From NCBI GenBank assembly GCA_029243005.1, contig JAQWSV010000216.1, forward strand, positions 1-47,835: a DNA stretch of 47,835 bases, in the 5' to 3' direction. Source of the DNA: Woeseiaceae bacterium (lineage in GTDB: Bacteria; Pseudomonadota; Gammaproteobacteria; Steroidobacterales; Woeseiaceae). Under the pieces are notes generated by a model that saw nothing but the letters and a program-made list of their open reading frames with translations, did not search any database and was not told where the DNA came from. Of this stretch, positions 46,156 to 47,835 are shown piece after piece. The position numbers and the translations under genes were made by a program. Each line of letters begins with the position of its first letter. The first letter of the stretch is position 1.

Positions 46156-46785
46156 ATGGTACTGCTGGGTCCTGTTTGGGCGATGTCACAGACGGTCGAC
46201 GTTTCTACTCTCGAGCAGTGCATTGCGATGGAGACCGAGGAACTCAAGCTCCGCTGTTTCGAAGCGATCATCGCCGGCAGCACAGCCGGGGAAGATGAGA
46301 AATCCGATCCGCAGGAATCTCCCGCAGACCAAACGGTACCTGCCTTGGAGATACCCGTCGCTGCTGCAACGGTGGGCGATGCGTCTGATAACGAGGCAGC
46401 CATTGTCCCAGCCACTAGCGCTGCAGCGGCTCCCATTTCCGAAGTTGCGATCGCCGATGCCGAAAGCGAGATACCCAGTGCGACCGTAGCGTCGCTGCCA
46501 GGCGAGGAAGCGTTCGGGCAGGAACACCTTTTGCGGCTGGGGAAAGATCAAGAAAAAGATGATGCGTTATTGCGCGTGACCGTGGTCGAAGTATCGAAAG
46601 GCCGCCACGACCATCTTTATTTTGAACTGGACAACGGCCAGGTTTGGCGACAAAACGAAGCCCGCCATTTCCCCTATCCGAAAGACGTTGAGTTTGACGT
46701 TAATATTACTCGCGGCATGATGGGCGATTATCGAATGCGAATCGGCGATAATGGCCGCATGGTAAGAATTCGACGCGTCAAGTAG
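46156..46785 (+). CDS. Hypothetical protein (Cys pair, acidic Ala/Pro-rich linker, beta-rich C-domain)
   Basis: I moved the start to ATG 46156 because the track start at 46102 would read through the terminator. The C-terminus reads LRVTVVEVSKGRHDHLYFELDNGQVWRQ...RMVRIRRVK. No motif recognised. Confidence 0.5.
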   Translation: MVLLGPVWAMSQTVDVSTLEQCIAMETEELKLRCFEAIIAGSTAGEDEKSDPQESPADQTVPALEIPVAAATVGDASDNEAAIVPATSAAAAPISEVAIADAESEIPSATVASLPGEEAFGQEHLLRLGKDQEKDDALLRVTVVEVSKGRHDHLYFELDNGQVWRQNEARHFPYPKDVEFDVNITRGMMGDYRMRIGDNGRMVRIRRVK

Positions 46786-46798
46786 AGGACCTAGCGCA

Positions 46799-47452
46799 AT
46801 GGCGGATGACCTGGTTCCGGATTTCGATATCCGGAAAAGTATTTTTATGCAATTCGCGACGCACGTTGTGTCACATGACTGGCCCAACAGCGATGCCCTC
46901 AATGCCGAATTGCGGGAAGTGGTCATGGCTAGGGAAGCCGAAGAGGGGAAGAACAACTTCGTACGCTCCAATGCCGGCGGGTGGCAGTCGTCAGGCAACC
47001 TGATTACCTGGAAAGAACCCTGTATCGACGATTTGCGGCGGCGAATCGAGAAGCTTGTCACCAACCTGCTGCAGGAACTCATTCGTGACATGGGAAAGAA
47101 TCGCTCGTTTGAGCTCTACATCGATTCATGGGCGAACATCAACCGTTCGGGCGACTACAACGTTGTGCACACGCATCCGAATTGCATGTTTTCCGGCGTC
47201 TACTATGTAACGCGTGGCAACCCCGATTCCGGGGTGCCGCATGGCGGATTACTAGAGATGCTGGATCCACGCGAGGCGGCGAACTATATCCAGGTCACTG
47301 ATACGGTTCTGGATGCGCGCGTATTTTTCGAAAATAAACCCGGCCGCATGCTGTTGTGGCCAAGCTGGGTCAAGCATATGGTGCATCCTCATGTTGGCGA
47401 GGGCGAACGCATTTCGATCGCATTCAACGTCAACGTCAGGGAGCGTACCTGA
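46799..47452 (+). CDS. Putative 2OG-Fe(II) oxygenase-superfamily protein (TIGR02466-like)
   Basis: DSWANINRSGDYNVVHTHPNCMFSGVYYV...GRMLLWPSWVKHMVHPH...RISIAFNV matches the family pattern as I remember it. Confidence 0.7.
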   Translation: MADDLVPDFDIRKSIFMQFATHVVSHDWPNSDALNAELREVVMAREAEEGKNNFVRSNAGGWQSSGNLITWKEPCIDDLRRRIEKLVTNLLQELIRDMGKNRSFELYIDSWANINRSGDYNVVHTHPNCMFSGVYYVTRGNPDSGVPHGGLLEMLDPREAANYIQVTDTVLDARVFFENKPGRMLLWPSWVKHMVHPHVGEGERISIAFNVNVRERT

Positions 47453-47552
47453 CTTCATTGTAAGCGATCTTTTCTCAGTCAATTAAAGTGCAAGTTCGCC
47501 TGGCACAGGATTGTCGCGCGTGAGACTACCGGTCCACAGAATCACCCATGTC

Positions 47553-47835
47553 ATGTTTCTACTAGCGTGGTTCGGGGCCGTCCTGCCGGCACTCGCGCAG
47601 GAGGAATTTATTGAAGAGATTCAGGTTACTGCTACCCGGCGGCCGGCAGAAATCAATGAAGTCTCCGCCGCGTTGACGGTAGTCACGACTGAAGAAATTT
47701 CACGCACAAAGCTGATGACAGACTCCCTAGCTGCGAAGCCTGGGGTTTTTCTGCAACAGACCACGCCGGGGCAGGGCGCCCCGATCATCCGCGGACTGAA
47801 GGGCTCGGGGGTTCTACATCTCGTTGACGGCATTC
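47553..47835 (+). CDS. Second TonB-dependent receptor, N-terminal part only (runs off the window end)
   Basis: Absent from the ORF track because there is no stop in the window. Translation is MFLLAWFGAVLPALAQEEFIEEIQVTATRRPAEINEVSAALTVVTTEEI...GAPIIRGLKGSGVLHLVDGI (plug domain). An in-frame GTG at 47520 is an alternative start. Confidence 0.8.
   Translation, partial: MFLLAWFGAVLPALAQEEFIEEIQVTATRRPAEINEVSAALTVVTTEEISRTKLMTDSLAAKPGVFLQQTTPGQGAPIIRGLKGSGVLHLVDGI

Noticed and set aside
1-47835. Search by eye for CRISPR repeats, IS or transposase genes, integrases, tRNA genes, toxin-antitoxin pairs and defence-system genes
   Set aside because: I found none. All intergenic gaps are 340 nt or shorter and contain only short hairpins or palindromes. 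I cannot exclude short dispersed repeats without a computational self-comparison.

Overview
This is a densely coding, chromosomal-looking window with about 44 protein genes. I found no rRNA, tRNA, CRISPR array, IS element, integrase, phage gene or defence gene. I also recognised no transcription factor, sigma/anti-sigma pair or two-component gene. The two TonB-dependent receptors and the many Sec, Tat and lipoprotein signal peptides indicate a Gram-negative host, possibly a marine or sediment gammaproteobacterium; the taxon is inference only.

The content is dominated by scavenging of organic nitrogen:

1. A tryptophan tryptophylquinone (TTQ) amine-dehydrogenase cassette, mauB-E-D-A plus a monohaem cytochrome c (3255-6664). 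It has no mauG/F/L/M/N, amicyanin or mauR in the window. This matches the aromatic-amine dehydrogenase (aau) layout rather than the methylotroph layout.
2. Next to it sit two Tat-exported flavoproteins arranged divergently. One is a D-amino-acid-oxidase-like protein whose sequence order looks circularly permuted (7068-8210). The other is a spermidine-dehydrogenase-like amine oxidoreductase (8310-10154).
3. About 16 hydrolases, 14 of them with export signals: M20 (x4), S9, M24, M14, S58/DmpA, M23, two amidohydrolases including a D-aminoacylase, creatininase, formamidase, an MBL-fold hydrolase, an alpha/beta hydrolase and a CapA-family protein.
4. An NSS/SNF transporter, an EamA/DMT transporter and two TonB-dependent receptors.
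5. A cytoplasmic Asp/Glu-type racemase next to a D-cysteine-desulfhydrase/ACC-deaminase-family enzyme, with a decayed 3' remnant of a second copy about 1.5 kb upstream.

My main hypothesis is that this is a periplasm-centred locus for amines and D-amino-acid-containing peptides. I see no evidence for a mobile or defence system. All calls come from reading motifs by eye; no searches were run.
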